Origin: Kiritimatiellia bacterium
Lineage (GTDB): Bacteria; Verrucomicrobiota; Kiritimatiellia; CAIQIC01; Lenti-01
Reading direction: 5' to 3'
Length of the DNA: 64,000 bases
Assembly (NCBI GenBank): GCA_050176815.1
Contig: JBFXHR010000009.1
Coordinates: 11,673-75,672 of the forward strand
In this document: positions 9,270-22,904 of the stretch, piece after piece
How positions within the stretch are numbered: the first letter of the stretch is position 1
Layout: each line of letters begins with the position of its first letter
Notes under the pieces: generated by a model
What the model saw: only the letters and a program-made list of their open reading frames with translations
Told to the model about the DNA's origin: nothing
The model's database searches: none
Translations under genes and position numbers: made by a program

Positions 9270-10708
9270 CCGGCGTTCCGCGGCGCATGAAACCCGATCC
9301 GACCGAAGCCGGCATCCGCGACCGAATGGCCGCCGACGGCGCCCCGCCGCTGGTGATCGAGGCCTTCCTGAAAAACCTGCGCCGCTGGAACGCCGGCGAT
9401 CTCGGCTCCATCTCCGGCTCCACCCTCGCCCCGCTCGGCCCCCTCCCCCGGCTCGAGGAACTCGACGCGTTCGATCCCGCCGCCGAAGCGGCCATCGCCC
9501 GCACGGTCCTCGTCAAGCTCAACGGCGGCCTCGGCACCAGCATGGGCCTCGAACGCGCCAAGTCGCTCATCGTCGCCAAAAACGGACTGACCTTCCTCGA
9601 CGTCATCGTCCGCCAAGTGGAATTCCTCCGCCGCCGCTGCCGCGCCCCGCTGCCGCTCCTGCTGATGAACAGCTTCTCCACCGAGGCCGACTCCCTCGCC
9701 GCCCTCGCGCAGACCCACCCCGGATTCGCCAACGCCGGCGACTTGCCCCTTTCCTTCTGCCAGCATCGCGTGCCGAAACTCGACCTCGCCACCCGCGCCC
9801 CCGTCCGCTGGCCCGACCATCCCGCCCTCGAGTGGTGCCCGCCCGGCCACGCCGACATCTACCACGCCCTCCAGACCACCGGGCTCCTCGACCGGCTCCT
9901 CGCCGGCGGCTTCCGCTACGCCTTCGTCTCCAACGCCGACAACCTCGGCGCCCTCCTGCACATGGGCATCCTCGGCCACGTCGCCCGCCACGCCGTCCCG
10001 TTCCTGATGGAAGTCACCGCCCGCACCGAATGCGACCGCAAGGGCGGCCACCTCGCCCGCGACCAGGCCACCGGACGCCTCCTCCTGCGCGAATCCGCCC
10101 AATGCCCGCCCGAAGAAACCGCCGATTTCCAGGATGTCCGGAAATACGCGCTCTTCAACACCAACAACCTCTGGATCGACCTCGAAGCCCTGCGCGACGT
10201 GCTGCGCGCCTGCGGAGGTCTGCCCGAACTGCCGCTCATCGTCAACCGAAAGACCGTCGATCCCGCGCGCGCCGATTCCCCCGCCGTTGTCCAGCTCGAA
10301 TCCGCCATGGGCTCCGCCATCGCCTGCTTCGAAAACGCCGCCGCCCTCGTCGTCCCCCGCTTCCGCTTCGCCCCCGTCAAGACCACCAACGATCTCCTCG
10401 CCATCCGCTCCGACCTCTATACCCTCGGCGAAGAACACCAGGTCGCGCTCCACCCCCGGCGCTTCGCCCCGCCCCCCGACGTCCGCCTCGACCCCCGCTT
10501 CTACAAGAACATCGCCGACTTCGAGGTCCGCTTCGCCCAGGGCGCGCCGTCCCTCCTCGAATGCGATTCCCTGCAGATCGACGGCGACATCCATTTCGGC
10601 GCGGGCGTGCGCATCGAAGGCGCCGTCCATCTGCGCAACCCCACCGCGACCCCCGCGCGCATCGCCGACGGCTCCCGCATCCACACCCCGGTTTTACGTA
10701 CTACGTAA
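9266..10708 (+). CDS. UTP--glucose-1-phosphate uridylyltransferase, eukaryote-like UDPGP family
   Basis: KLNGGLGTSMG, LMNSF, WCPPGHADIY, FVSNADNLGA, KGGHL, FNTNNLW, QLESAMG, RFAPVKT; start 9266 or 9287. Confidence 0.92.
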   Translation: MTGVPRRMKPDPTEAGIRDRMAADGAPPLVIEAFLKNLRRWNAGDLGSISGSTLAPLGPLPRLEELDAFDPAAEAAIARTVLVKLNGGLGTSMGLERAKSLIVAKNGLTFLDVIVRQVEFLRRRCRAPLPLLLMNSFSTEADSLAALAQTHPGFANAGDLPLSFCQHRVPKLDLATRAPVRWPDHPALEWCPPGHADIYHALQTTGLLDRLLAGGFRYAFVSNADNLGALLHMGILGHVARHAVPFLMEVTARTECDRKGGHLARDQATGRLLLRESAQCPPEETADFQDVRKYALFNTNNLWIDLEALRDVLRACGGLPELPLIVNRKTVDPARADSPAVVQLESAMGSAIACFENAAALVVPRFRFAPVKTTNDLLAIRSDLYTLGEEHQVALHPRRFAPPPDVRLDPRFYKNIADFEVRFAQGAPSLLECDSLQIDGDIHFGAGVRIEGAVHLRNPTATPARIADGSRIHTPVLRTT

Positions 10709-10764
10709 AACTTTTTTCCGATTTTTACGTACTACGTAAAAAAAGTTTACGTGCTACGTAAAAC
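10691..10764. repeat. Three AT-rich palindromes TTTTACGTA-C-TACGTAAAA between convergent genes
   Basis: Copies at 10691-10711, 10722-10742 and 10745-10764 (third imperfect). Confidence 0.85.
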
Positions 10765-10770
10765 TCCGGC

Positions 10771-12522
10771 TCACTCCGCGACGCGCCAGTATTTTTCCAT
10801 GCCCCACGGAAAGTCGTGGCGCCGGTAGTTGCGCAGGCGCGCGTGGCGCACGACATAGGCCATCGGGTGGGCCGTCAGGATCCACGGGCAGTCCTCCAGC
10901 ACCACGGCCTGCGCCGCGCGGCAGAGCGCTTCGCGCTCCGGAGACTCGGGCAGCGCGACCAGCTCGCGGTACAGCCGGTCGAATTCCCCGCTGCGGTAGT
11001 TGGCGCGGTTCGGGCCGGGCGAGACGTTTTCGCCCGCAAACAGCTGCAGAAAGTTCTGCGCGTCGGGATAGTCGCCGATCCACGTCACCATGAACGTCTG
11101 CGCCTGGCGCCGCTCGACTTTCTGCAGGAAGGCCGGCCAATGGTTGTAGTTCGGCTCCAGCACCACCCCGATGCGCTCCATGAAGCTCGCCAGCAGTTCC
11201 GCGGACTGCCTCGTTTCCGGATTGTCCGCCGCGCCGAGTTCGAGCGCCAGCTTCAGGCGCCGCCCCGTGGCCGGATCCTTGCCCTCGGGATAGCCGGCCT
11301 CGGCCAGCAGGCGCTTCGCGCGCGCCAGGTCGAACCCGTAGGGCGGCGGTTCGGCCCGCGCCCCCGCCACGCCGGGCGGCACCGGCCCGTTGGGCGTCGC
11401 CATCCGCCCGTTCTGGAATTCCATCCACTGGGCGGAGTCGAACGCGCAGGCCATGGCCTGCCGCAGCTTCCGGTTCGGCCCCACGACGGGATCGTCCAGG
11501 TTGAACGCCACGTAGGTGACCGACATCTGCGGCGACTTGGCCAGCTCGATGCCCTGCGCGGCGAGCTCCGGGCGCAGCTCCTTTTCCGGCGTGATGATGC
11601 TGTCCCACTGGTCGCGGCTCACGTCCACCAGGTCGAGCGTGCCCGACAAAAACATCAGCCACGCCGTCGACGGATCGCCCACCACCGAATCCACGATCCG
11701 CGGCGTCCGCGGCAGGGGTTTCCCCGCATCGGGCGTGGGCGCATCCGCAGGCATGGTTTCCACGCGCCCGGTTTCCGCCCATTTGGGATTCGCGCGGTAT
11801 TCGTAGCGGTAGTTTTGCCGCGCCGACGCCAGCACGTAGGGTCCCGTGCCGACGGGATGGTTCACGAATTCGTCGCCGTAGAATTCCACGGCCTCGCGCG
11901 GCACCGCGAAGGCGTACGGCATCGCCAGCACCCACGGCAATTGCGGATACGGCTCCGTCAGGCGGATTTCCAGTTCGTGCGGGCCGACGGCCCGCAAGCC
12001 CTCGACCGCGCGCCCGTAGTCGGTCGGCGCGTCGCCCCCGCTGGCCGCGCGGAATTCGTCCAGCCCCGCGATCTTGCCGCGGAACGCCCAGTAGCCGCCC
12101 GAACCGACCTGGAGATCCGCGACGCGCAGGATGGAATACACGACGTCCTGCGCGACCAGCTCCCGGCCCTTGCCGCCCGTCGCGGCAAAACAGGGATCGT
12201 CGGAGAAGAAAATGCCGGGGCGCAGTTGAATTCGCCAAATCTTGCGGTCCTCCGAAACCTCCGGCATCGCGGCGGCCAACAGCGGCTCCACGCGGTACGG
12301 CCGATCCCAATAGGCGTATTGCAGAAGCCCCTCGTAGATCCGGCCCGTGGCCAGGATCGAGGCCTGGTCCGAAGCGTGGGCCGGATCGAATCCGCGAATG
12401 CGCGCCGTCGTCGCGCGCAGCGTCGGGACCTCGTCGCGGACGGCGTCCGGCGCGGGGCCGCAGCCGGCCAGCAGCGCGGCCAGCGCCGCGCCCCGCGCCG
12501 CGCCGCGCAGGAGGGAGTTCAA
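10771..12522 (-). CDS. ABC peptide/nickel family-5 substrate-binding lipoprotein
   Basis: Lipobox LAGC; FDPA, IYEGLLQY, PLLAAAMPEVS, PVGTGPY, WIGDYPDAQNF; TTG start inferred. Confidence 0.88.
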   Translation of the reverse strand: MNSLLRGAARGAALAALLAGCGPAPDAVRDEVPTLRATTARIRGFDPAHASDQASILATGRIYEGLLQYAYWDRPYRVEPLLAAAMPEVSEDRKIWRIQLRPGIFFSDDPCFAATGGKGRELVAQDVVYSILRVADLQVGSGGYWAFRGKIAGLDEFRAASGGDAPTDYGRAVEGLRAVGPHELEIRLTEPYPQLPWVLAMPYAFAVPREAVEFYGDEFVNHPVGTGPYVLASARQNYRYEYRANPKWAETGRVETMPADAPTPDAGKPLPRTPRIVDSVVGDPSTAWLMFLSGTLDLVDVSRDQWDSIITPEKELRPELAAQGIELAKSPQMSVTYVAFNLDDPVVGPNRKLRQAMACAFDSAQWMEFQNGRMATPNGPVPPGVAGARAEPPPYGFDLARAKRLLAEAGYPEGKDPATGRRLKLALELGAADNPETRQSAELLASFMERIGVVLEPNYNHWPAFLQKVERRQAQTFMVTWIGDYPDAQNFLQLFAGENVSPGPNRANYRSGEFDRLYRELVALPESPEREALCRAAQAVVLEDCPWILTAHPMAYVVRHARLRNYRRHDFPWGMEKYWRVAE

Positions 12523-12546
12523 CTTCGATTCGCCATTCTTCGCGTC

Positions 12547-12575
12547 TTTGGAGCCCCCGACGCCCCCGTCGGGGG
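12547..12575 (+). repeat. REP-like hairpin (TTTGGAG foot)
   Basis: TTTGGAG-CCCCCGACG-cccc-CGTCGGGGG; related copy at 20801-20829. Confidence 0.7.
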
Positions 12576-12622
12576 ATGGAAAACGATGCCGGCTCTCCGC
12601 CCCAGCCCCATATCCCGGAAAC

Positions 12623-12649
12623 AAAAAACCCGCGCAGAACTTGCGCGGG
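12623..12649 (-). terminator. Intrinsic terminator after secG
   Basis: Minus strand CCCGCGCA-agttc-TGCGCGGG-TTTTTT. Confidence 0.8.
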
Positions 12650-12674
12650 GAGACGTTCGACCCGACGGGGCTCA

Positions 12675-13169
12675 TCACTCCTGCGGAGCGGGCGCGCTTT
12701 CTTCCGCCGCCGGTTCGGCCGCGGGGGCTTCTTCGGCGGCCGGGGCTTCCGCCGCGGACGCTTCCGCCGGGGCCAGATCGCCGCCCTCGCCCATTTGCAG
12801 CTCCAGCGGCGCGGAAGGCATCTCGGCGGGCATCGTCGGCGCGGCGGATGGAGCTGCGGCCAGAGGGGCCGCGGCCGGGGCGACCGGCTGGCGGTCCGCC
12901 TGTTCCATGATCGAACCCGCGCCGCCCGTCTTGCCCTTGGCGAACAGGATGCCCAACGCGATGGTCGTCAGCATGAACACCGCCGCCAGCGTGATGGTCA
13001 TGCGCGTCAGCACGTTCCCCGCCCGGCTCCCGAACAGGCTCTCGCCCATGCCGCTGCCGAAGGCCATGCCGAGGCCCTGGTCCTTGGACTTCTGCGCCAG
13101 GATCACCACGACCAGCAGGAACGCGGAAAGGACTTCGACGATCAAGAGAAGGCTGATGAGAATGGACAT
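12675..13169 (-). CDS. secG: Preprotein translocase subunit SecG with acidic Ala/Pro tail
   Basis: VILAQKSKDQGLGMAFG...LFGSRAGNVLTRMT; two TM helices; follows tpiA. Confidence 0.92.
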   Translation of the reverse strand: MSILISLLLIVEVLSAFLLVVVILAQKSKDQGLGMAFGSGMGESLFGSRAGNVLTRMTITLAAVFMLTTIALGILFAKGKTGGAGSIMEQADRQPVAPAAAPLAAAPSAAPTMPAEMPSAPLELQMGEGGDLAPAEASAAEAPAAEEAPAAEPAAEESAPAPQE

Positions 13170-13206
13170 ATGGTTTGGCTCCTAAACGACCTAAAGGGCC
13201 CCTCTT

Positions 13207-13962
13207 TTAGACCGCGGCGCGCACAATGTCAATGAACGACTTGGCGTCCAGCGCCGCGCCGCCGATCAGGCCGCCGTCGATGTCCGGCATGCCGAAGAGC
13301 TCCTTGGCGTTGCCGGGCTTGACGCTGCCGCCGTACTGGATGCGAACGCCCTGCGCGACCGGAGCGTCGTAGAGGCTCGCCAGCACCTTGCGGATCAGGG
13401 CGTGCACGTCCTGCGCCTGCTGGCTGGTGGCCGTCTTGCCCGTGCCGATGGCCCAGACCGGCTCGTAGGCGATCACCGAATCCAGCAGTTCCTTCGCGGA
13501 GAGTCCGGCCAAACTGCCTTTGACCTGGGTCGTGATGACGGCTTCCACCTGGCCCGCTTCGCGTTCCTGCAGGGTCTCGCCCACGCAGACGATCGGGTGC
13601 AGGCTCGAGGACAGCGCGGCCTTGGTCTTGCGGTTGACGATCGCGTCCGTCTCGCCGAAGTACTGCCGGCGCTCGCTGTGCCCCAAAATCACGTAGTGGC
13701 AATACAGCTCGCGCAGCATGCCCGCGGAAATTTCGCCCGTGTAGGCCCCGTTCTTTTCCCAGTGCATGTTCTGCGCGCCCAAATCGATGTGCGTGCCCTG
13801 CACAAGCTCGCTCACCGTGGAGAGCGCGGTAAACGGCGGACACACCACCGTTTCCACCTCGCGGAAATTCGCCAGGCTTTCCTTCAGGGCGTTCACCAAG
13901 GCCGCCGCTTCCGCGGTGGTCATGTTCATCTTCCAGTTGCCGGCCACGATCTTCTTGCGCAT
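13207..13962 (-). CDS. tpiA: Triosephosphate isomerase
   Basis: [36 protein letters not shown]. Confidence 0.98.
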   Translation of the reverse strand: MRKKIVAGNWKMNMTTAEAAALVNALKESLANFREVETVVCPPFTALSTVSELVQGTHIDLGAQNMHWEKNGAYTGEISAGMLRELYCHYVILGHSERRQYFGETDAIVNRKTKAALSSSLHPIVCVGETLQEREAGQVEAVITTQVKGSLAGLSAKELLDSVIAYEPVWAIGTGKTATSQQAQDVHALIRKVLASLYDAPVAQGVRIQYGGSVKPGNAKELFGMPDIDGGLIGGAALDAKSFIDIVRAAV

Positions 13963-14004
13963 GTTCAGTCCTTTGCTTTCTTCAGGTCGTTGGGGAATCG
14001 CAGA

Positions 14005-15249
14005 TCACTTGTCGTTCAGAGCCGCCACGCCGGGCAGCTCCTTGCCTTCGAGGAATTCGAGGCTCGCGCCGCCGCCGGTGCTGACGTGGGTCATCTTCGC
14101 CGCCAGGCCGCTCCGGTTCACGGCGCTGACGCTGTCGCCGCCGCCGATGATGCTCGTCGCGCCGCTGGCCGCCACCGCCTCGCAAACGCCGAACGTGCCC
14201 GCCGCGAACGGCTTCATCTCGAAGCAGCCCATCGGGCCGTTCCAAACCACCGTCTTGGCGCCCTGGATCGCCGCCGCGTAGAGCGCCGTGGTCTTCGGGC
14301 CGATGTCCAGCGCCATCCAGCCGGCCGGGATGTCGTTGCCGACGACCTGGGTCTGGGCCGCCGCGTCGAACTGGTCCGCCGCCACGTTGTCCACCGGCAG
14401 CAGAAACTGCTTGCCGTTGGCCTTCGCCTTTTCAATCATTTGGCGCGCGTAGTCGAGCTGGTCGAGCTCGCACAGCGATTTGCCGACGTCGTGGCCCTGC
14501 GCCTTCAGGAAGGTGTAGGCCATGCCGCCGCCGATGATCAGGACATCCACCTTGTCCAGCAGGTGGTTCACGACCGCCAGCTTGTCGCTGACCTTCGCGC
14601 CGCCCAAAATCGCCACGAACGGGCGCACCGGATTGTTTACCGCGTTGCCCAAATATTGGATTTCCTTCTCCATCAGGAATCCGGCCACGCTGGCGCCGAC
14701 GTACTTGCAGATGACGGCGGTCGAAGCGTGCGCGCGGTGCGCCGACCCAAAGGCGTCGTTGACGAAGACCTCGCCGTAGGACGCCAGCTTCTTCGCCATG
14801 GCCTTCTGCTTTTCCTTCAACTCGGCCTTCTTGGCCTTGTACTGCTCGTCGGTCAGGTCGTCGGTCTTCTTGACTTTGGCTTCTTCCTCTTTATAGAAGC
14901 GGGTGTTTTCCAGCAGCAGGACCTGGCCGGGTTGCAGCGCGGCGACTTCGGCGTCGGCCGCCTGGCAGTCCGCCGCGAACGCCACCGGCTTGCCCAAAAC
15001 CTTGGCCAAATGGTCGGCCACGGGCCGGAGGCTGAATTCGGCCTCGTAGCCCTTGCCTTTCGGACGGCCCAGGTGGCTCATCAGCGTCAGGCTCGCGCCC
15101 TGCTCCAGGACGTAGCGGATCGACGGCAGCGCCGCTCGCACGCGGGTGTCGTCGCCGATGACCCCGCCCTTGATCGGCACGTTGAAATCCACGCGCATGA
15201 TCACGCGCTTGCCCTTCAAATCCACGTCTTTCAAGGTCTTCTTGTCCAT
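14005..15249 (-). CDS. pgk: Phosphoglycerate kinase
   Basis: [54 protein letters not shown]. Confidence 0.98.
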   Translation of the reverse strand: MDKKTLKDVDLKGKRVIMRVDFNVPIKGGVIGDDTRVRAALPSIRYVLEQGASLTLMSHLGRPKGKGYEAEFSLRPVADHLAKVLGKPVAFAADCQAADAEVAALQPGQVLLLENTRFYKEEEAKVKKTDDLTDEQYKAKKAELKEKQKAMAKKLASYGEVFVNDAFGSAHRAHASTAVICKYVGASVAGFLMEKEIQYLGNAVNNPVRPFVAILGGAKVSDKLAVVNHLLDKVDVLIIGGGMAYTFLKAQGHDVGKSLCELDQLDYARQMIEKAKANGKQFLLPVDNVAADQFDAAAQTQVVGNDIPAGWMALDIGPKTTALYAAAIQGAKTVVWNGPMGCFEMKPFAAGTFGVCEAVAASGATSIIGGGDSVSAVNRSGLAAKMTHVSTGGGASLEFLEGKELPGVAALNDK

Positions 15250-15285
15250 GTCCGGTCTCTCCTGTGCCTGCCTGCGATTGCGAAA

Positions 15286-15316
15286 CATTCCGCCGGGGCG
15301 CGGCCCCGGCGGAATG
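15286..15316. terminator. Strong hairpin between gap and pgk (partial terminator or mRNA stabiliser)
   Basis: CATTCCGCCGGGGC-gcg-GCCCCGGCGGAATG, 14-bp stem; only a short U-run on the minus strand. Confidence 0.6.
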
Positions 15317-15336
15317 GATATGGAACCGTCTCCGGC

Positions 15337-16476
<1,140 letters not shown>

Positions 16477-17247
16477 TTACCTTCGGAGGAGGGCCGCCAG
16501 CCGCGTCAACGCCGCCCCCGCCGGCAACGGCAGAAACGCGTCGACGATCCGGTCCGTGTAGTCCGACGGTTCCGGATTCACCTCGACGATCCGCGCCCCG
16601 TTGCGCTTCGCCCAGACCGGCAGCGCCGCCGCGGGATAGACCCCCCCCGAGGTCCCGACCAGCAGCATGCAATCCGTCCGTTCGGCGGCCTCTTGCGCGG
16701 CCGCGGCGGCCGCCGGCGGAATGTCTTCGCCGAAGAAAATGAAATCGGGCTTGAGCAGGCCCCCGCAAACGCAACGCGGGATTTCCGCGCGGGTCGTTTC
16801 CGCGTCCAGCGGGACGCCCTGCCCGCAGTCCAGGCAGGTCAGGCTGCGGCAGTGCCCGTGGTATTCGACCAAATTCCGGCTGCCGGCCGCCGCATGCAGG
16901 CCATCGATGTTCTGCGTGATCGTCGTTTGGAGCCGCCCTTCCGCTTCCCATGCCGCCAGCGTCCGGTGCGCCGCGTTGGGCTTCGCCGGCGGCCGCCCGT
17001 CGGCGCCCAGAAAACAGGTGAACATCTCCCGGATCGCCGGCCACGACCGCTCCGGATGCCGCCGGAACACGTCCAGATCCAAGCACGCCGGATCGTACCG
17101 GTTCCAGATGCCGCCGGGACCGCGGAACGGCGGAATCCCGCTTTCCACGGAAATGCCCGCCCCGCTGAACGCCGTCAGGTCCCGCGCGCTCCGGATCAGT
17201 TCCGCTGCCCGTTTAACCGTTTCTTCGATTCCAGCCATCGATTCCAT
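16477..17247 (-). CDS. cobB: NAD-dependent deacylase (sirtuin)
   Basis: GAGISVESGIPPFR, TQNIDGLH, YHG with CxxC...CxC, GTSGGVYPAA, VNPE. Confidence 0.93.
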   Translation of the reverse strand: MESMAGIEETVKRAAELIRSARDLTAFSGAGISVESGIPPFRGPGGIWNRYDPACLDLDVFRRHPERSWPAIREMFTCFLGADGRPPAKPNAAHRTLAAWEAEGRLQTTITQNIDGLHAAAGSRNLVEYHGHCRSLTCLDCGQGVPLDAETTRAEIPRCVCGGLLKPDFIFFGEDIPPAAAAAAQEAAERTDCMLLVGTSGGVYPAAALPVWAKRNGARIVEVNPEPSDYTDRIVDAFLPLPAGAALTRLAALLRR

Positions 17248-17364
17248 CGCAAAAACCTAGATGATGCCAGAAGCCTCCAGAATTGGCCCGCCTTTTCGCT
17301 CCTGCACCGCCCCCGCGGGCGCATCTTCTATTCAACCCTTCCACCCCCTTCCAAATACCTTATA

Positions 17365-17409
17365 TCTAGTAGTTGCAATCACTATAGTATAGTAGTTGCA
17401 ACTACTAGA
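17365..17409. promoter_or_regulatory. Tandem 18-bp palindromic sites in the divergent cobB/ileS intergenic region
   Basis: Perfect TAGTAGTTGCAACTACTA at 17390-17407 and TAGTAGTTGCAATCACTA at 17367-17384. Confidence 0.6.
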
Positions 17410-17474
17410 CCGCCCCGGATATCTGCCGCACCGAATCGCAGAGACCCCCATCCGTTTTCCATTCCGCCCCACCC

Positions 17475-17503
17475 TTGACAAACGCCCCCCGCCGCCGTTG
17501 AAT
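17475..17503 (+). promoter_or_regulatory. Putative ileS promoter
   Basis: TTGACA-N17-TTGAAT; AAGGA RBS before ATG 17535. Confidence 0.5.
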
Positions 17504-17534
17504 GTGCCGCTGATTCGCCCAACAAGGAAAACCC

Positions 17535-20738
<3,204 letters not shown>

Positions 20739-20756
20739 CGCGTTGTTGAACAAGCC

Positions 20757-20829
20757 CGGCACGAGTCGTGCCGACTCCAAACAGCCAACGGATCCATGTC
20801 TTTGGAGCCCCCAACGACCTCGTCGGGGG
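20757..20829. repeat. Inverted doublet of TTTGGAG-footed REP-like hairpins
   Basis: CGGCACGA-g-TCGTGCCG-ACTCCAAA ... TTTGGAG-CCCCCAACGA-cc-TCGTCGGGGG. Confidence 0.7.
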
Positions 20830-20864
20830 AAAGAGTGGCCACGCTTGTTTGAAATTCGCTCTGG

Positions 20865-21016
20865 CCCCGCACATTCCCATCCGCCAGGTCGACGCCCTGG
20901 CCTACAACCGATCCCGGCTGCCCCCTTGATGATTGGACATTGGTTATTGGACATTGGATGTTGAATCTCCCGGCTTTCCTGTAGCCCGGGGCGCCGACCC
21001 GGGGGGCTGTCTGCCT
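20865..21016. repeat. Composite repeat copy A (GTAG-REP / heptamer array / GTAG-REP)
   Basis: 152-nt direct repeat of 21678-21829; REPs at 20883-20905 (-) and 20981-21003 (+); six TTGGAYA-type units at 20926-20967. Confidence 0.9.
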
Positions 21017-21103
21017 TGAACGCTGGATGTTGGAAATCCCCCGTCCCGTTTGTGAAGTCAAAAATTGATTCGCAGGCCACTGGGCATAGGCTATAGTGCC
21101 CAC

Positions 21104-21637
21104 ATGACTGGACGACAATTTTTCGACTGGCAAACGGCGGGTGGCGCAGACGACGTCATGCGACTGGTCGATGCCTTGGAACGCGCCGAGGTGCCTTGGT
21201 GCGCCATTGGCGGCGTGGCCGTCAACCATTGGGCCAAGGAACCCATGGTCACCCGCGACGTCGATTTGGTCGTGGCTGCCGCGGAAATCGAGCGCGCCAA
21301 ATCCCTGCTGTGCGCGGCGGGGTTCAAGGCCGAAGTCCACGAGTGGTCGATCAACTTCACCGGCAAATCTCAGGTCAGCATCCAGCTCAGCACGGAGGAC
21401 TTCTACCGGGAGTTCCCTTCCCGATCCATTCCCGCCGACGTCCACGGCATTCTGCTCCGCGTCGCCTCGCTGCCGGATACCCTGTCCGGCAAGATCCAGG
21501 CTTGGCGCGATCCCCATCGCCGCCAGAGCAAGCGCATCAAGGACCTCGGCGACATCGCGCGTCTGGTGGAAGCCCATCCCCAGCTATGGGCCCAACTCCC
21601 AGCCGAACTGCAGCAACAGCTCGACAAACCTTCCTGA
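21104..21637 (+). CDS. Nucleotidyltransferase (AbiEii/MenT-like fold)
   Basis: IGGVAV...TRDVDLVV and C-terminal K...KDLGDI motifs. Confidence 0.75.
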   Translation: MTGRQFFDWQTAGGADDVMRLVDALERAEVPWCAIGGVAVNHWAKEPMVTRDVDLVVAAAEIERAKSLLCAAGFKAEVHEWSINFTGKSQVSIQLSTEDFYREFPSRSIPADVHGILLRVASLPDTLSGKIQAWRDPHRRQSKRIKDLGDIARLVEAHPQLWAQLPAELQQQLDKPS

Positions 21638-21677
21638 TGGCTTGGTTTCCCCTCCCGGGACCCCCGCGGGGAACCAC

Positions 21678-21829
21678 CCCCGCACATTCCCATCCGCCAG
21701 GTCGCCGCCCTATCTACAACCGATCCCATCCGCCCCCTTGATAATTGGACATTGGATGTTGGACATTGGATATTGATTCCCCCGTATTTCCTGTAGCCCG
21801 GGGCGCCGACCCGGGGGGGCTGTCTGCCT
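21678..21829. repeat. Composite repeat copy B
   Basis: Same layout as 20865-21016; heptamers at 21738-21779; left REP degenerate. Confidence 0.9.
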
Positions 21830-22007
21830 GTCCCTTGAAAATTAGAATTTCAGACTGACGCCCCCCCCCCCCCGCCCGTCTTGCCACGTCCCCGCGTGGG
21901 GACTTGCGATTCGTACGATTCCTCGCCCCTAAGCCAGTAAGAAATCTCTCCGGAGCTCCGACGAACAACTCCACAAGCCGGCTTGCCGCTGCGTCGTTTC
22001 AATCCAG

Positions 22008-22040
22008 CGAGATCACACTCATCGTGTGTGGAATCTCGAT
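22008..22040 (+). promoter_or_regulatory. Candidate C-box-like operator
   Basis: CGAGAT-CACAC-TCATC-GTGTG-TGGA-ATCTCG dyad just upstream of a C-protein-like gene. Confidence 0.4.
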
Positions 22041-22065
22041 CGGGCCGGGGCTACCCTGGCCGCAA

Positions 22066-22320
22066 ATGCAAAAATCGATTTTGAAAAGCTTTGGCGTCAA
22101 TGTCAGGCGCATCCACCTCAAGCGCGGCCTTACTCAAGAACAGCTTGCGGAATCCTCTGGCCTCCATACCAACTATATTGGCGGCATTGAACGAGGTGAG
22201 CGAAATCTCTCTCTCGTTAATGTCATTCGCTTACTCAACGCATTGCACTGCCGCAGCTCCGATCTTATTCCAAGAACATCTGTTAGTAGCGGTCCAAAAG
22301 CTAAAAGCCCCAAATATTGA
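22066..22320 (+). CDS. XRE-family HTH regulator resembling R-M controller (C) proteins
   Basis: FGVNVRRIHLKRGLTQEQLAESSGLHTNYIGGIERGERNLSLVNV. Confidence 0.85.
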   Translation: MQKSILKSFGVNVRRIHLKRGLTQEQLAESSGLHTNYIGGIERGERNLSLVNVIRLLNALHCRSSDLIPRTSVSSGPKAKSPKY

Positions 22321-22329
22321 GGAAACGCC

Positions 22330-22887
22330 ATGGCGGTTCATAATACCGATGCTGACAGCGCAAACACGGCTGTCCGGGCATTTCTCACAAAAGTCGGCGA
22401 GTTCTACCTTGATCGCGGATTTAACACGGGGCACGGCTGGGGCAAAACCGTATGGTGCAAAATCCGAGACGATGTATTTGGAGGAGCATGTGCCTACTGC
22501 GGCGCCAAAGGGGTGAAACTCTCCATTGAGCACCTCATTATGTTCAACCGAGCTGAATATGGCCTCCACCATCCGGGCAATGTTGTGCCCGTATGCGAGC
22601 CTTGTAACAAGCGGAGCAAACGGCCAGATGGTTCCTACGCGACATGGGAACAACATCTTCGTCATGTGTGCGAACAGAGAGGCGAACATAAAAATTACGC
22701 CGACCGCCTGGCTTGTATCCGGCATCATCATCTCAAAGGTGAGTTTAAGTACCCGGACTTGTCCCACACCGAAAACGAGGCCATTCGAGTTATCGCTTCA
22801 TCGCTCTACGAGAACATTCAGGCCGAAGTTGAAAAATCGTTGGCCCTGTATAAAGAACTGGACAAGGCGTTTGTGAAAAAACGCTAG
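22330..22887 (+). CDS. HNH endonuclease (zinc-finger type)
   Basis: CAYCG...IEHLI...HHPGNVVPVCEPCNKRS; GAGGA RBS; lower GC than flanks. Confidence 0.85.
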   Translation: MAVHNTDADSANTAVRAFLTKVGEFYLDRGFNTGHGWGKTVWCKIRDDVFGGACAYCGAKGVKLSIEHLIMFNRAEYGLHHPGNVVPVCEPCNKRSKRPDGSYATWEQHLRHVCEQRGEHKNYADRLACIRHHHLKGEFKYPDLSHTENEAIRVIASSLYENIQAEVEKSLALYKELDKAFVKKR

Positions 22888-22904
22888 CGGTTTAAACGTC
22901 AGCG

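Noticed and set aside
14800-14890. Lys/Glu-rich insertion in PGK
   Set aside because: A charged loop at this position occurs in other bacterial PGKs and shows no DNA repeat periodicity.
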